Source: Torpedo marmorata (Eukaryota). Taken from it: a stretch of 64,000 bases of DNA. The notes below the pieces were generated by a model, which saw only the letters and a program-made list of their open reading frames with translations, did not search any database and was not told the DNA's origin. Positions 25,346 through 39,075 of this stretch are shown piece after piece (within the stretch, counting starts at the first letter, position 1; each line of letters opens with the position of its first letter). The position numbers and the translations under genes were made by a program. Where the stretch lies: contig OZ360220.1 in assembly GCA_977017645.1 (NCBI GenBank), forward strand, positions 175,398,001-175,462,000, written 5' to 3'.

Positions 25346-25851
25346 TCTCTTCCATTGATATAACAGACCTAAAACCGATGACAGGCTGAAGTGGACGTCC
25401 TACTGGGCAGACGCTACTCCCCACAGACATCAAACACTTGGAAAAGACACGCTTACAATGTCAAAGACACATTTCTGAATGTCTGCAAAGACAAATCCGA
25501 AATGTTTTGAGGTGGCAGAGTTCCAAGATAACTCTGTTACAGATGGCAGGAATTTCTTTTAGCAGAGGGTGAGGAATCACTGGAATTCTCTACCCCTGCG
25601 GGGTCATGGAGGCAGGATCACCAGACATACTTAAGGTGGAGGAAAGTTATGTTTTTTGAAGACTGAGGAACTGAAACTGTGGCACAGAAGAAGAGTTGAG
25701 GCCAGTATAAATCAACCATGATGGTATTGAATGGGGCAGGTTAGAAGGCCCGAGTGGCCTTCTACTGCTTCTCTGCTTGTGCTCTGGGTTTATTTATTCT
25801 TAATTTGATCAGGTAGGCAAAAGCTTCTTATGATTTGATAACCCTCTATAG

Positions 25852-26064
25852 CAGCTATTCTAAACGGGGTCCCTGGGGGCCACAGCACATTTAAGTAAAA
25901 GCCTTGTGTTCTTTTCACCTCACGTACATAAATATTTTTTATGTTTTTATGTAGTCAGTAGGGGAGAAGTATGGAAGAAACCAAAACTTCACCAGGAAGG
26001 GGGCCCATAAACTTTGAACAGAGTCCTAGGGGAGCCATAGTCAAATAAAGGTTGTAAATGGTTG
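25852..26064. mobile_element. hAT (Charlie-like) MITE
   Basis: 8-bp TSD CTCTATAG at 25844-25851 and 26065-26072; imperfect TIRs CAGCTATTCTAAAC / GTTGTAAATGGTTG; interrupts a minus-strand CR1 remnant. Confidence 0.75.
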
Positions 26065-26483
26065 CTCTATAGGGTCACCTTTCAGCCTCGTTCACTCCCG
26101 GCCTATCCAATCTCTGCTTATCAGTCTTCCAGTCCAGGCAACATTCCTGTCAATATTTTCTGTACCCTCTCTAACTCAATCACATTCTTCCTGTTGCATG
26201 ATGACCAGAACTGTGCATAATATTCCAAGCGCTGCCCTATCAAAGGTTTATTCAACTGTAACATGTCTCAACTCCTATACTTAATGCCTCAGGTGATGAA
26301 GGCAAGCATACCATACACTTTCTTCACCATTCTTGTCCACCAGAATCGCCACTTTCAGGGAGCAATGTATTTGTACCCCAAGATCTCACTGTTCAATAAC
26401 ACTCCCCAGGACCCTGCCATTCATTGTGCATATCCTAGCCTGGATAAATACACTTATCCGAGTTAAATCCCATTTTCAGTGCT

Positions 26484-26839
26484 TCATATATCCCATTCCC
26501 TGCAGCATTCTGGGCCCTTAATTTTGTAGCAGCTCCCTTTGCAGTTAGTATTTTTATCGCCAAGTTCCGAAGGAGTTATAGCAATCTCCTTCTTGTTCCC
26601 TTGATGAGCATCCAAATATGTGTGCTCCACAGCTAGACTGATATTTTGGGACTGCATGGAATTCACGTTTGTACTCAGACACTTGCTGGGTACATCTGTG
26701 GAACTATCATTGCTTTCTTCTGACTGGCTGCCCAGTTGCATGTTAGCTGTAACTAACACAGGGTCCAAGGAAGTATTCTGAACTAACAAATGCGTTGTGG
26801 TGCATGACAGGGAAAGTACAGTATGGGAAATTAATTCAT
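26484..26839 (-). CDS. Candidate host coding exon (Ser/Thr-rich, product not recognised)
   Basis: Non-repeat sequence; acceptor ...TGCTTTCTGGTTGCAG|ATGAATT; about 118 open codons to TGA. No homology recognised. Confidence 0.3.
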
Positions 26840-27419
26840 CTGCAACCAGAAAGCACCGTGCAAAATTAATCAGGAACAAACTCAAGCCTTTAGTGACTTA
26901 ATTAGTAAAAAAACGTGATCTTTTACACACATGCACATTTTTAGGAAAGCTAAGATTGTTTTTGTACCAGATGGTTATGTTGTTATGGTTACCAAAAGCC
27001 AAGGTTCATTGAAAAATACTTCATTATAAGAATAAAGTCATGTTCAGCTAGGAATCCATCCTCTGCTTTCACTTAAACCACAATAATTTGTGTCTCTAAA
27101 AATAACCATTGTGGCCTTCTCTAAACGGTTGTCTTGCCATTGATTTTATTTTCGCCAAAATCTTATCACAAAGAATATCTGGGGGTTAAATATTTTTGGA
27201 ATAGTACATTCAATTTTTTTTGAATTATTGGCAATATTTGGTACTAAATTTGGCAAGCAATCTCATGGGGTAAAAATTCAACAGGCTTGGCATAAATGGT
27301 CAATTGGTGAATTGGCAGCACATTTTACATGCCACCCCATTTTCAACCAGTTGGTGAAAACTGGTTGCTAATTCATATAACTTACAGTCATCTGAAGTAT
27401 TTTCTCCCACTGCCACCAA

Positions 27420-28050
27420 GCCCAGCGAGCTGCAGTAATCTCCCATCCACTGAAGACATCTATGTGAGGTGGTGCCCCAAGAAGGAAGTCAACATCATAA
27501 AAGATCCCCATCACCCTGGCCACAACCTTTTCTCACTGCTAACTTTGGGCAGAAGGTACAGAGGGCTGAAGATCTGCATCTCTAGGTTCAAGAACAGTTT
27601 CCAAAGGCTATCAGTCTCCTGAACCTCCCCTTGGTACATTAATCATGGACTCTTCTGACAGCATACTGTCTGCACTATTGTTACATCACCTTTTTTCTTG
27701 CACTTTGGTAACTGATCATTTATTTACTATCTTTTGCATTTATTATCACCTGTTTACTGCAGCAAGTAAGAATTTCGGTGCATATGTATATTATCAAGAC
27801 AAGTCAGGTCAAGTTTATTGTCATCTGATTGTACAAGTACAACCCGATGAAACAGCGTTCTCCGGTCCTCGGTGCAAAACATGCAGACATACAACCAGAC
27901 ATAACACACATAAAGACAAACAATACATATGCAGGAAAAGTATTCATTGCTACATATAAATAAATAAATATTGTTTCATGAATATGAAAGTCTCGGATGG
28001 TTAGTGTGAGCAGTTCCTTTGTGCAATGATTATGACAATAAACTAATTTG
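27420..28050. mobile_element. Rex1-like 3' fragment (+) with a second Rex1-like 3' end (-) inserted at about 27796-28020
   Basis: [23 protein letters not shown] on +; minus piece matches 21258-21460. Confidence 0.7.
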
Positions 28051-30567
28051 CATTATCATAGAACATAGAAATCTACAACACAGCACAGGCTCTTCGGCCC
28101 ACAGTGTTGTGCCGACCTAATAACCTACTCTATCAACTGCCTTAATATTACCATCTATGACGAGTGGAAATCTTAATCCTGCTACAAGTTTTAAAATTCA
28201 AGGTTAGGGAATCTTAAACGGGCAAATTTAGGATTGGCATAATTATATAAAATCTCCCACATTTGAATAAGATTTAGTTTTGACCAGGATTTGTCCTCTC
28301 TAATGCATCTTGCACATGGTCATCACCTTATAAATATTCAATTTTTCAGAGTTCCCTCTACTTAGTAGCTGAGTGATGCAGCACGGAGAAAGGCCAATCA
28401 GTCCATTGCCACTCAATAAGCACTTGAAAATAGTGATTCATTAGTTCCAAGCCCCTGCTCTTTCTTCATAACTCTAACTAATTTTCCCTTTTGCAATTCT
28501 CTCATTTCTTTTTGAAAGTTATCACTGTCTGCTTCCATCATTCTTTAAAGCAGTGCTGCCTAAATTATAACTTGCTGAGCACAAAGTTTGCTTCATGTTG
28601 CTAATTACTTGAACCACGTATCCGCTGATAGATAAATATATATTCACAATTGCAGTTGGTGCAAGAAAAATAAGGTGATGTTTCAGTATTGCAGACAGAT
28701 CTTTTGGTGGTCCTGGGGTAGTTTATGGTTAGGGTAGCATGGGGATCAACACTATTTCTCTGGTTTCTCCACATAATTAATCCCTGGGAAATCTGTTGAG
28801 TTCCTCCAGCATTTCTGTGTTTTCACTACAATCACAGCATCTGCAGACTTTTGTGTTTCAAACCTTTTCTGCAACCTCTTTAAGGTTTTGACATCTTTCC
28901 TAAAATGTGGTGCTCAGAAATGGCCACAATAATGTAGCTGGGGCCTAACTAGCGCTAACTAAATATTAAACATGACTCTCTTGCTATTTTTTCCCTGTGC
29001 CTCTGTTTGTAGAGCCAAAGATTCCCTGTGCTTTGTTAAACAACCTGATCAAATCTGAACGCTCAAAGTTTTCTGGACATAACTAATCTTATTTCTAAAA
29101 AAATGAAACATTCTTCTTTGTTCATTTATCTCTGAGACCATGAGTCAACATTCTAACCAGTGGGGAAGCATCTGACTGTGATTAACATCAAAGTCCAAAC
29201 CCATTTTCCGTAAGAAAGTGGTTCAAACATATGTCTACATTAAGTATAAGGAATTGTGCACACATTTTATTCCTTTTCCAGTGTTTTTCAATCAGCTTCT
29301 TAAGACAATGATCTCTTTAGATTTTTAAGCACTGGAAAACCTTTGGGCATTAGTTGAACTATTGCTCATTTGTAAACCATGCAACTGAGTGCCAACAAAC
29401 TGTTTAGTTGACAGGACATTATTGTCATTTCTGATATTGTCCTCATTCACAATTCACATCTTAAATCCACATCCACATCTGACTCTTGATGGTCAGCATT
29501 GAGAGTGGGCCAAGGGGCCCATTTCTGTGCTGTATAACTCTGGCTCAGATGGTGGATAGATCAAATCAGGTTGTCTTGGACATGTAACTGCTGTATCCCA
29601 CATTCTGAAGACAAACGGTCGTAATCTTTCTCCTATTTCTACATAATTTGCCTTCAAACCAAATTTGTTGTTGCTGTTAAATTAAAAATATACAGACGGC
29701 ACAATTCTAGCCCATCAATAAACTCATCCATCATGTCTTAGTGCAATCTGTCTTATTCTTCCAATATGATCTCCATGATGTGTGTCCTTTAATGAACTAC
29801 CGTGTTCTTGGTGCAGTTTCTGTAATGCACATAGTATTTTGGTGCATGGGCCTTTGATCATGTCACCATGAGCTCTCTCCAGTGAGTCTGTCCCTGCAGT
29901 CTATTAATTAAAACAAATTTCCTGATATAAAACCTAACTGAATATGAATCTCTGGTATCGCCACTTCTACCCTCAGTTACATGGCAGTTAAATTTCAGGA
30001 AAACAGATTCAGATTTATTGTCAGAGTACATACGTACATGACACCACATACAACCTGAGAACCGTGGCTCTACACAAAGCCCTGGAACACCTGGACAGCA
30101 AAGATGCATACATCAGGATGCTCTTTATCGACTACAGTTCGGCATTTAACACCATCATCCCCTCAAAACTGATCAGCAAATTCCAAGACCTGGGAGTTAA
30201 CACCCCACTGCGTAATTGGATCCTTGATTTCCTCACCTCCAGACTACAATCAGTGAAGATTGGTAAGAACATCTCCTCCACAATCTCCATAAGTACTGGA
30301 GCACCACAGGGCTGTGTTCTTAGCCCCCTGCTCTACTCACTTTACACCTACGACTGTTTGGCTCGGTACGACAATAACACCATCTACAAATTTGCCGATA
30401 ATACCATGGTAGTAGGTTGTATAAAGGAAGGGGATGAGTCAGAACAACAGGATGGTGATTGAAAACCTGGCTGAATGGTGCACCAAAAACAACCTTGCAC
30501 TCAATGTCACCAAAACTAAGGAGCTGATTGTTGACTTCAGGAAAGGAAAGCCAGAGGTATACAATCC

Positions 30568-33500
30568 TGTTATGTTAAGAGATCTAGAAGATTATAAGGC
30601 TAACAGGAAGGAGCTTAAAAAGGAAATTAGGCCAGAAGGGGCCATGAGAAGGCCTTGGCGGGCAGGATTAAGGAAAACCCCAAGGCATTCTACAAGTATG
30701 TGAAGAGCAAGAGGATAAGACGTGAAAGAATACGACCTATCAAGTGTGACAGTGAGAAAGAGTCTATGGATCCGGAGGAAATAGCAGAGGTACTTAATGA
30801 ATACTTTACTTCAGTTTTCACTATGGAAAAGGATCTTGGTAATTGTAGTGATGACTTGCAGCAGACTGAAAAGCTTGAGCATGTAGATATTAAGAGAAAG
30901 GATATGCTGGACCTTTTGGAAAGCACCAAGTTAGATAAGTCACTGGGACCGGATGAGATGTATCCCAGGCTACTGTGGGAGGCGAGGGAGGAGATTGCTG
31001 AACCTCTGGCGATGATCTTTGAATCATCAATGGGGATGGGAGAGGTACCGGAGGATTGGAGGGTTGCGGATGTTGTTCCTTTATTCAAGAAAGGGAGTAG
31101 AGATAGCCCAGGATATTATAAACCAGTGAGTCTTACTTCAGTGGTTGGTAAGTTGATGGAAAAGATCCCGAGAGGCAGGATTTATGAACATTTGGAGAGG
31201 TATAATATGATTAGGAATAGTCAGCATGGCTTTGTCAAGGGCAGGTCGTGCCTTACGAACCTGATTTAATTTTTTGAGGATGTGACTAAACACATTGATG
31301 AAGGAAGAGCAGTAGATGTAGTGTATATGGATTTCAGCAAGACATTTGATAAGATATCCCATGCAAGGCTTATTGAGAAAGTAAGGAGGCATGGGATCCA
31401 AGGGGACATTGGTTTGTGGATCCGGAACTGGCTTGCCCACAGAATTCAAAGAGTGGTTGTAGACGGGTCATATTTTGCATGGAGGTCGGTGACCAGTGGT
31501 GCTCCTAAGGGATCTGTTCTGGGACCTTTACTCTTCGTGATTTTTATAAATGAGCTGGATGAGGAAGTGGAGGGATGGGTTAGTAAGTTTGCTGATGACA
31601 CAAAGGTAGGGGGTGTTGTGGATAGTGTGGAGGGCTGTCAGAGGTTACAGCGGGACATTGATAGCATGCAAAACTGGGCTGAGAAGTGGCAGATGGAGTT
31701 CAACCCAGATAAGTGTGAAGTGGTTCATTTTGGTTGGTCAAATATGATGGCAGAATATAGTATTAATGGTAAGATTATTGGCAGTGTGGAGGATCAGAGG
31801 GATCTTGGGGTCCGAGTCCATAGGACGCTCAAAGCAGCTGTTCAGGTTGATTCTGTGGTTAAGAAGGCATACGGTGTATTGCCCTTCGTTAATCGTGGAA
31901 TTGAATTTAGGAGCCGAGAGGTAATGTTGCAGCTATATAGGACCCTGGTCAGACCCCACTTGGAGTTCTGTGCGCAGTTCTGGTCACCACACTACTGGAA
32001 GGATGTGGAAGCCATAGAAAGGGTTCAGAGGAGATTTACAAGGATGTTGCCTGGTTTAGGGAGCATTCCTTATGAAAACAGGTTGAGTGAACTCGGCCTT
32101 TTCTCCTTGGAGCGGCGGAGGATGAGAGGTGACCTGATAGAGGTGTTTAAGATGATGAGAGGCATTGATCGTGTAGATAGTCAGAGGCTTTTTCCCAGGG
32201 CTGAAATGGTTGCCACAAGAGGACACGGGTTTAAGGTGCTGGGGAGTAGGTACAGAGGAGATGTCAGGGGTAAGTTTTTTACGCAGAGAGTGGTAGGTGC
32301 ATGGAATGGGCTGCCGGCAACGGTAGTGGAGGCGGATACGTAAGGGTCCTTTTTTTTTTTTTAAATTTTATTTAAACTTTTAAATCACAAAATACATAGA
32401 ATAAAATATAAAATTATCAAAATACATGTGATATATTTTCACCCCCCCCTCCCTCCCTTCCCTAACCCCCCATCCCCACTAATCTAATAATAGAGTAACA
32501 ATAAAAATAAAAATAGAAAAAAGAAAGAAAAGAAAAGATAGAATGAGGGGAATATCATCTATAAACTAATTCTATTACGGAGGTCAAGTTTGCCAGCAGA
32601 TCCGATATCTAGAGATCTTCAAATCCTTAAACCCACAACTCTCATATATGGGCTCCAAATTTTCAAAAAGAAATGATATTTATTACGTAGATTATAAGTA
32701 ATTTTTTCCAGTGGTATACACGAACGAAGTTCTGCATGCCATCTTTCTAATCCTAAATCTAAATCAGATTTCCAAGTAATAGCAATGCATTTTTTTGAAA
32801 CTGCTAAAGCAATTCGTAAAAATTCTACTTGAAACATATTTAATTTCTTTTTAATACTAAATTTTCTAATATCTCCAAATAAGAATAACATAGGATCCAT
32901 TGGAAATGTAATATTAAATACTTTATCTAAAATTTTTTTTACTTTCAACCAAAAATCTTGAATCTTTGGACAAAACCATGTAGAATGTACAAAAGAACCT
33001 TCCTCATTATTACATCTAAAACATAAACCTGATAATGTCGGATTAAATTTCTTTAATTTTTTTGGTGTTAAATATAATTGATGAAAAAAGTTATATTGTA
33101 CTAATCTATATCTAACATTAATAATCTTCGTCATACTTAATTTACATAATTCTTTCCAATGATTCTCATCTATTCGTATATTCAAATCTAATTCCCACTT
33201 TAATCTTGATTTATGAATTCCTACTTTAGGCATTTTCCTTTGAAACAATTTATACATTTGAGAAATAAATTTATTAACTTCTCCATTAGTAACTAATAAT
33301 TTTAATTCATTTTGTCTTGGTAAAATCAAAGCATGACCTAATTTCTCGATTAAAAAAGCTTTAACCTGATAATAAGCTAAAAATGTATTATCTAATATAT
33401 TGAATTTATCTTTCATTCTTTGAAACGTGATAAGTCTTCCAGATTCAAAACAATCATTAATCTTCGTAATACCTTTTTGAAACCAAATTCTAAATAACTG

Positions 33501-34210
33501 AATATTAATAGTAAATGGAATAAGTCCATTTTGATATAAAGGCATATTTGAAGAAATTAATCCTCTTCCACCTATCTCTTTATCCAACTTACCCCATATT
33601 TCTAACAAATGTTTAATAATCGGTGAATTTTTCTTTTTTACTGATATTAATTTAGAATCCCATTTATAGATAATCTCTTCTTTAAAATTCTCTCCTATAT
33701 TATTTAATTCTATTTTAATCCAAGCCGAAGTTTTATTTGAATCGAAAAATTCATTAACAAATTTTAATTGAGCTGCTTTATAATAATTTTGAAAATTAGG
33801 AAGTTGCAATCCCCCTAACTCATAATTCCAAGTTAACTTTTCCATACTTACTCTTGCTAACTTTCCTTTCCACAAAAATTTCCTAACAATAAAATTTAAA
33901 TCTTTAAAAAATTTTTGAGGAATTCCAAAAGGAATTGATTGAAAAAGATATTGGACTCTTGGAAAAATATTCATTTTAATACAATTTACCCTTCCCATTA
34001 AAGTTATAGGTAAATCTTTCCAATTCTCTAAATCTTTCTTTATACGTAAGGGTCCTTTAAGAGACTTTTGGATAGATACATGGAGGTTAGAAAAATAGAG
34101 GGCTATGGGAAAGCCTAGTAATTTCTAAGGAAGGGACATGTTCGGGACAAATTTGTGGGCCATAGGGCCTGTATTGTGCTGTAAGTTTTCAATGTTTCTT
34201 TTCTATGTTT
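30568..34210 (+). mobile_element. CR1-clade LINE, 5'-truncated, near-intact RT; split by an L1
   Basis: ORFs 30655..31269 and 31282..32343 (one stop between them) with KENPKAFYKYV, QHGF, FADDTK; 3' end resumes at 34059; (TTCTATGT)-like tail. Confidence 0.92.
32353..34041 (-). mobile_element. Young L1, 5'-truncated
   Basis: 459-aa open ORF2 C-terminus; poly(A) tail; 17-bp TSD ATACGTAAGGGTCCTTT at 32336-32352 and 34042-34058. Confidence 0.95.
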
Positions 34211-37174
34211 AATCCAGTGATCATTGGGGGATCAGAGGTGGAGAGGGTGAGCAAATTTAAGTTTTTGGGAGTCACTATCTCTGAGGATCTTTCCTGGACC
34301 AAACGCACAAAAAGCATCATGAAGGAAACACATCAGTGCTTCTACTTCCTCAGGAGTTTGCGGAGGTTTGGTATGACACCAGAAACCCTGGCAAATTATA
34401 CAGATGTGTGGTGGAAAGTGTGCTGACCGGCTGCATCACGGTCTGGTATGGGGACACCAATACCCCTGAGCGTAAATCCCTCCAAAAAGTAGTGGACACA
34501 GTCCAGGACATCACAGGCAAAACCCTCTCCACTATTGAGAACATCTACAGGGAACGCTGCTGTCGGAGAGCAGCAGCAATCATCAAGGATCCACAGCACC
34601 CAGCACACGCTCTGTTCTCGCTGCTGCCATCAGGAAAGAGGTATAGGTGCCACAAGACTCGCACCACCTGGTTCAGGAACAGCTGCTACCCCTCCACCAT
34701 CAGACTCCTCAACGACAAAGTCAATCAGAGACTCATTTAAGGACTCTTACTTGTGCACTTTATTGATTTTCTTTTTTATTCTCTCTGTATTGCACAGTTT
34801 GTTTACAGTCGTTATCTGTTTACAGTTCTTTATTTGATTACATGTATACGCTGTGTAGTTTTGTTTGCACTAGCAATTAGTGGTAATTCTGCCGCGCCCT
34901 CAGGAAAAAGAATCTCAGGGTTGTATGTGATGTCATGTATGTACTCTGACAATAAATCTGAAATCTGAGATTCTTTTTCCTGCGAGCGAGGCATAATTAT
35001 TACTTATTGGCAGTGCAAAAAAAAACTGACTCAACGTACACATGTAAACAAATAAAGAAATGTAAACAAACTGACTGTACAATACAGAGAAAAAATATCA
35101 AGAAAGTGCAAAAGTAAGTCATTAAATGTCCCTGATTGAGTTTATTGTTGAGGAGTCTGATGATGGAGGGGTAGCAGCTGTTCCTGAACCTGGTGGTGCG
35201 TGTCTTGTGGCACCTATACCTCTTTCCTGATGGTAGCAGCAAGAACAGAGCATGTGCTGGGTGTTGTGGATCCTTGATGATTGCTGCTGCTCTCCGGTGG
35301 CAGCGTTCCCTGTAGATGCTCTCGATGGTGCAGAGGGTTTTACCCGTGATGTCCTGGGCTATGTCCACTATGCTTTGCACGGCTTTACGCTCAGGGGTAT
35401 TGGTGTCCCCATACCAGACCGTGATACAGCCGGTCAGCACACTTTCCACCACACCTCTGTAGAAATTTGCCAGGGTTTCTGGTGTCATACTAAACCTCCG
35501 CAAACTCCTGAGGAAGTAGAGGCGCTGACGTGCTTTCTTCACGATGCCATTAGTATGTTGGGTCCAGGAAAGATCCTCCGAGATAATGACTCCCAAGAAC
35601 TTAAATTTGCTCATCCTCTCCATCTCTGATCCCCCAATAATCACTGGATCGTACGTACAACTCTGGTTTTTCCTTCCTGAAGTCAACAATCAACTCCTTG
35701 GTTTTGGTGACATTGAGTGTGAGGTTGTTGTTGGTGCACCATTCAGCCAAGTTTTCAATCTCCCTCCTGTATTCTGACTTATCGCCCCTTTTTATACAAC
35801 CCACTATCGTGGTATCGCCAGTGAATTTGTAGATGGTCTTGTTGTCATACCGAGCCACACGTTCATAGGTGTATAACGAGTAGAGCAGTGGGCTAAGAAT
35901 GCGGACCTGATGGAGATTGTGGAGGAGATGTTCTTACCAATCCTCACTGATTGTGGTCTGGAGGAGAGGAAATTCAGGATCCAATTACACATTGGGATGT
36001 TGAGTCCTAGGTCTTGGAGTTTGCTGATCAATTGTGAGGGGATGATGGTGTTAAATGCCAAACTGTAGTCGATAAAAAGCACTCTGATGTATGAATCTTT
36101 GCTGTCCAGGTGTAGAGCCAGTGAGATGGCACCCGCCGTAGACCTGTTGCTACGATAGGTGAATAGGAATGGATCCATGTCGCCACTCAGACAGGAGCTG
36201 ATATGCTTCACGCCCTGCCAGAGTGAGATGTTGAAGATATCCGTGAATACATTTGCAAGTTGGTCAGCACAGACTTTTAATACTCGGCCAGTTTCTCCAT
36301 CCGGACCGGATGCTTTCCTCGGATTCATTTTCCTGAAGGCAGCTCGCATGTCATTCTCAGAGAGGAGAGGATCATCAGGGGACATGGAAGTGCACAGTGG
36401 TTGTTCTTCCTTGATGTTATGGTCGAATAGGGCATAAAATGTATTGAGTTCATCTGGGAGTGAAGCTTTGCCATCTCCTACAGCACCAGATTTGGGTTTG
36501 TAGCAGGTTATGTCATTTAGACCCTGCTACAGCTGTCGAGTATCCTTCGCTGTTTCCATTTTCATCCGGAAACTCCACTTCACCTGGGAAATGGCTTTCC
36601 GTATGTTATACCTGCTCACTACCTTCTGTAGTGATCTGGATCTCCAGACTTAAATGCCTGTGATCTGGCTCTCAGCAGGTTCCGGATTTCTTTGTTTATC
36701 CAGGGCTTCTGGTTGGGGAAAACCATGAATGATTTGGTGGGGACACACTCATCCACTGTTGTTTTGATAAAGTCTGTGACAGCCCGGGTGTAATCATTCA
36801 GATCCTCAGCTGAGTCCTTGAACACCGCCCAATCTGCTGACTCGAGGAAGTCCTGTAACCATTCTTCAGCCTTCTGCGACCACCTTCCAGTTGTCCTGAT
36901 CTCCAGAGCCTCTCTTTTACGGCTCTGTCTGTATGAAGGCAGAGCCCGGTAAACATTCAAATTCTTTAAAATAAGTGAACATTTTGTCAACAAATGTAAG
37001 TTTTTTTGTCAAAATTTCATACTGCATTATTGTGCAGCTTGAGAATGGGGGGAATTCCCTGGTAAAATTCTTGTTTCAAATTACAAATGATATTGGAATA
37101 GGAACTGTTTCAGGGCGTTTGCGTGATTTTGTATGTTTTACATTTGTTAGACACAGAGAAACACTGGATGCTAT

Positions 37175-38005
37175 GAGAACATGAGAAATAGGAGCAGGAG
37201 TAGGCCCTCCAGCTCGTCGAGCCTGCTCTGCCATTCAATGAGAACATGGCTGATCTGATGATAGGCTCATCTCCACCAACCTACCTTTTCCCCATAATCC
37301 CTTAATTCCCCAACTTTTAAAAAATCTATCCAACCTTCCCTTAAATATATTTACTGAGATATCCTCCACTGCTTCAATGGGTAACAAATTCCATGGATTC
37401 ACCACCCTCTGGGAAAAGCAGTTCCTCCTCATCTCTGACCTAAATCTACTTCCTTGGATCTTGAGGCTATATCCCATAGTTCTGGTCTCCCCCATCAATG
37501 GGAAGAACTTACCTACCTCTATCTTATTTATGCCTTTCATAATTTTATACGTTTCCTTAAGATCCCCTCTCATTCTTCTAAATTCAAGAGAGTACAGCCC
37601 CAGATGACTCAATCTCTCCTCATGTGCTAACCCCCTCATCTCTGGAATCAGCCTGGTGAACCTCCTCTGCACCACCTCCAAAACCAGTACATCCTTCCTC
37701 AAGTAAGGAGATCAGAACTCCAGATGCAGCCTCACCAGTACCTTGTACTGTTGCAGCATAACCTCCCTGCTCCTAAACTCAATCCCTCTAGCAATGAATG
37801 CCTATATTCCATTTGCCTTCTTGATAGCCTACTGCACCTGCAAACCAACCTTTTGCGATTCTTTCACAAGCACTCCCAAGTCCTTCTGCAAGGCAGCATG
37901 CTGCAATAATAATAATCTGATCTTCCATTTTTCCTTCCAAAGTGGATAACCTCACATTTACCAACATTGTACTACATCTGCCAGACCCTTGCCTACTCAC
38001 TTAAT
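37175..38005 (-). mobile_element. CR1-clade LINE 3' fragment
   Basis: ORF 37235..37702 RKDVLVLEVVQRRFTRLIP..LGLYSLEFRRMRGDL. Confidence 0.88.
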
Positions 38006-38179
38006 GTCTTTATGTGCTCATTAATTCAACTTGTTGAAAAGATACAATATTAAACAGGAACTTAAAAGAGTTTTATTTTGCTGCATCATTGTTGTCTGCA
38101 ATATAGTAAAGCATAAATAACTGTTGCCTTTCAGGTACCAGCTACACTTCTGATTCATTAATAACACAGGATGATGTCA

Positions 38180-38575
38180 GAACTAGAGGGCTTGAGTTAC
38201 AAGGAAAAACTGGATTATCTGGGATTGTTTTCCCTGGAGTGCAGAAGGATGTAGGGTGACTGTATAGAGGCTTATAAAATCATGAGGGGCAAAGATAAGG
38301 TGGATGCTCAGTCTTTTCCCCAGAGTAGGGGAGTCTAGAACTAGAGGGCAAAGGTTTAAGGTGAGAGGGGAAAGATTTAAAGAGGATCAGTGGGATGTTT
38401 CTCACACAGAGAGTGATGAGCAAACGGAACAATTGCAATGTTTAAAAGACATTTGAGCAGGTGCATGCATAGAAAGGTTTAAAAGGATATAGGACAATTT
38501 GCTGCTCAGGAAGGGACCTTAGTCAGCATGAACAAGTTGGGCCAAAGGGTCTGTTTCTGTGCTATATAACTCTGT
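38180..38575 (+). mobile_element. Degraded CR1 3' end
   Basis: Similar to 2760-3205. Confidence 0.7.
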
Positions 38576-38609
38576 GCCTCTATAACATACATTGTTTCAC
38601 AGGCAAACT

Positions 38610-38805
38610 ACATTTGCATGGATATTCATCAACTGGTATTGGGGTGTACATTACAATATGTATGTTACAATGGTCATCTCCAGGTGGTGGGGTGTGTGTT
38701 ACAATGTGTATGTTACAATGATCATCGAAAGGCAGTGAGGTGTGTGTTACAATGTGTATGTTACAATGGTCATCCACAGGCAGTGGGATGTACAGAGGTA
38801 TGTTA
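38610..38805. repeat. 48-bp minisatellite, about 3.5 copies
   Basis: TACAATGTGTATGTTACAATG(G/A)TCATC... units; DDHCNIHIV x3 in ORF 38580..38981. Confidence 0.85.
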
Positions 38806-39075
38806 CCTGGGTTAAGCATGTTGATGTGATGGTCAGGAAAGCGCACCAATGCCTCTACTATTTTCAAAAATGAAAGAAGTTCAGCATGTCCCCCTTGTCC
38901 CTCAACAACTTCTACAGGTGCACCATCAAAAGCATACTTCCTGGATGCATCACAGCATGGTATGGAAGCTGCTCTGCTCAAGATCGGAAGTGGGAAAAGA
39001 TGGTAGTGAATGTAGCTCAGAACTTAATGCAAACTTCCTCTCCTTCATGGACTCCATCTACATCTCCCACTGTCG
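38806..39075 (+). mobile_element. Rex1-like fragment
   Basis: NFYRCTIKSILPGCITAWYG. Confidence 0.7.

Larger units (their letters stand above)
30061..34964 (+). mobile_element. Rex1-clade LINE inserted in the minus-strand Rex1; split by a CR1
   Basis: RT ORF 30064..30462 continues at 34205..34740; (AATCTG) tail; CTGAGA duplicated at 30055-30060 and 34965-34970. Confidence 0.88.
30003..36945 (-). mobile_element. Rex1-clade LINE, outermost host of a nested stack
   Basis: Tail at 30003-30060 continues at 34971; ORFs 35000..36993 ([35 protein letters not shown]). Confidence 0.85.

Noticed and set aside
38580-38981. His/Cys-rich repeat protein (DDHCNIHIV)
   Set aside because: Translation of a 48-bp minisatellite fused to antisense Rex1.
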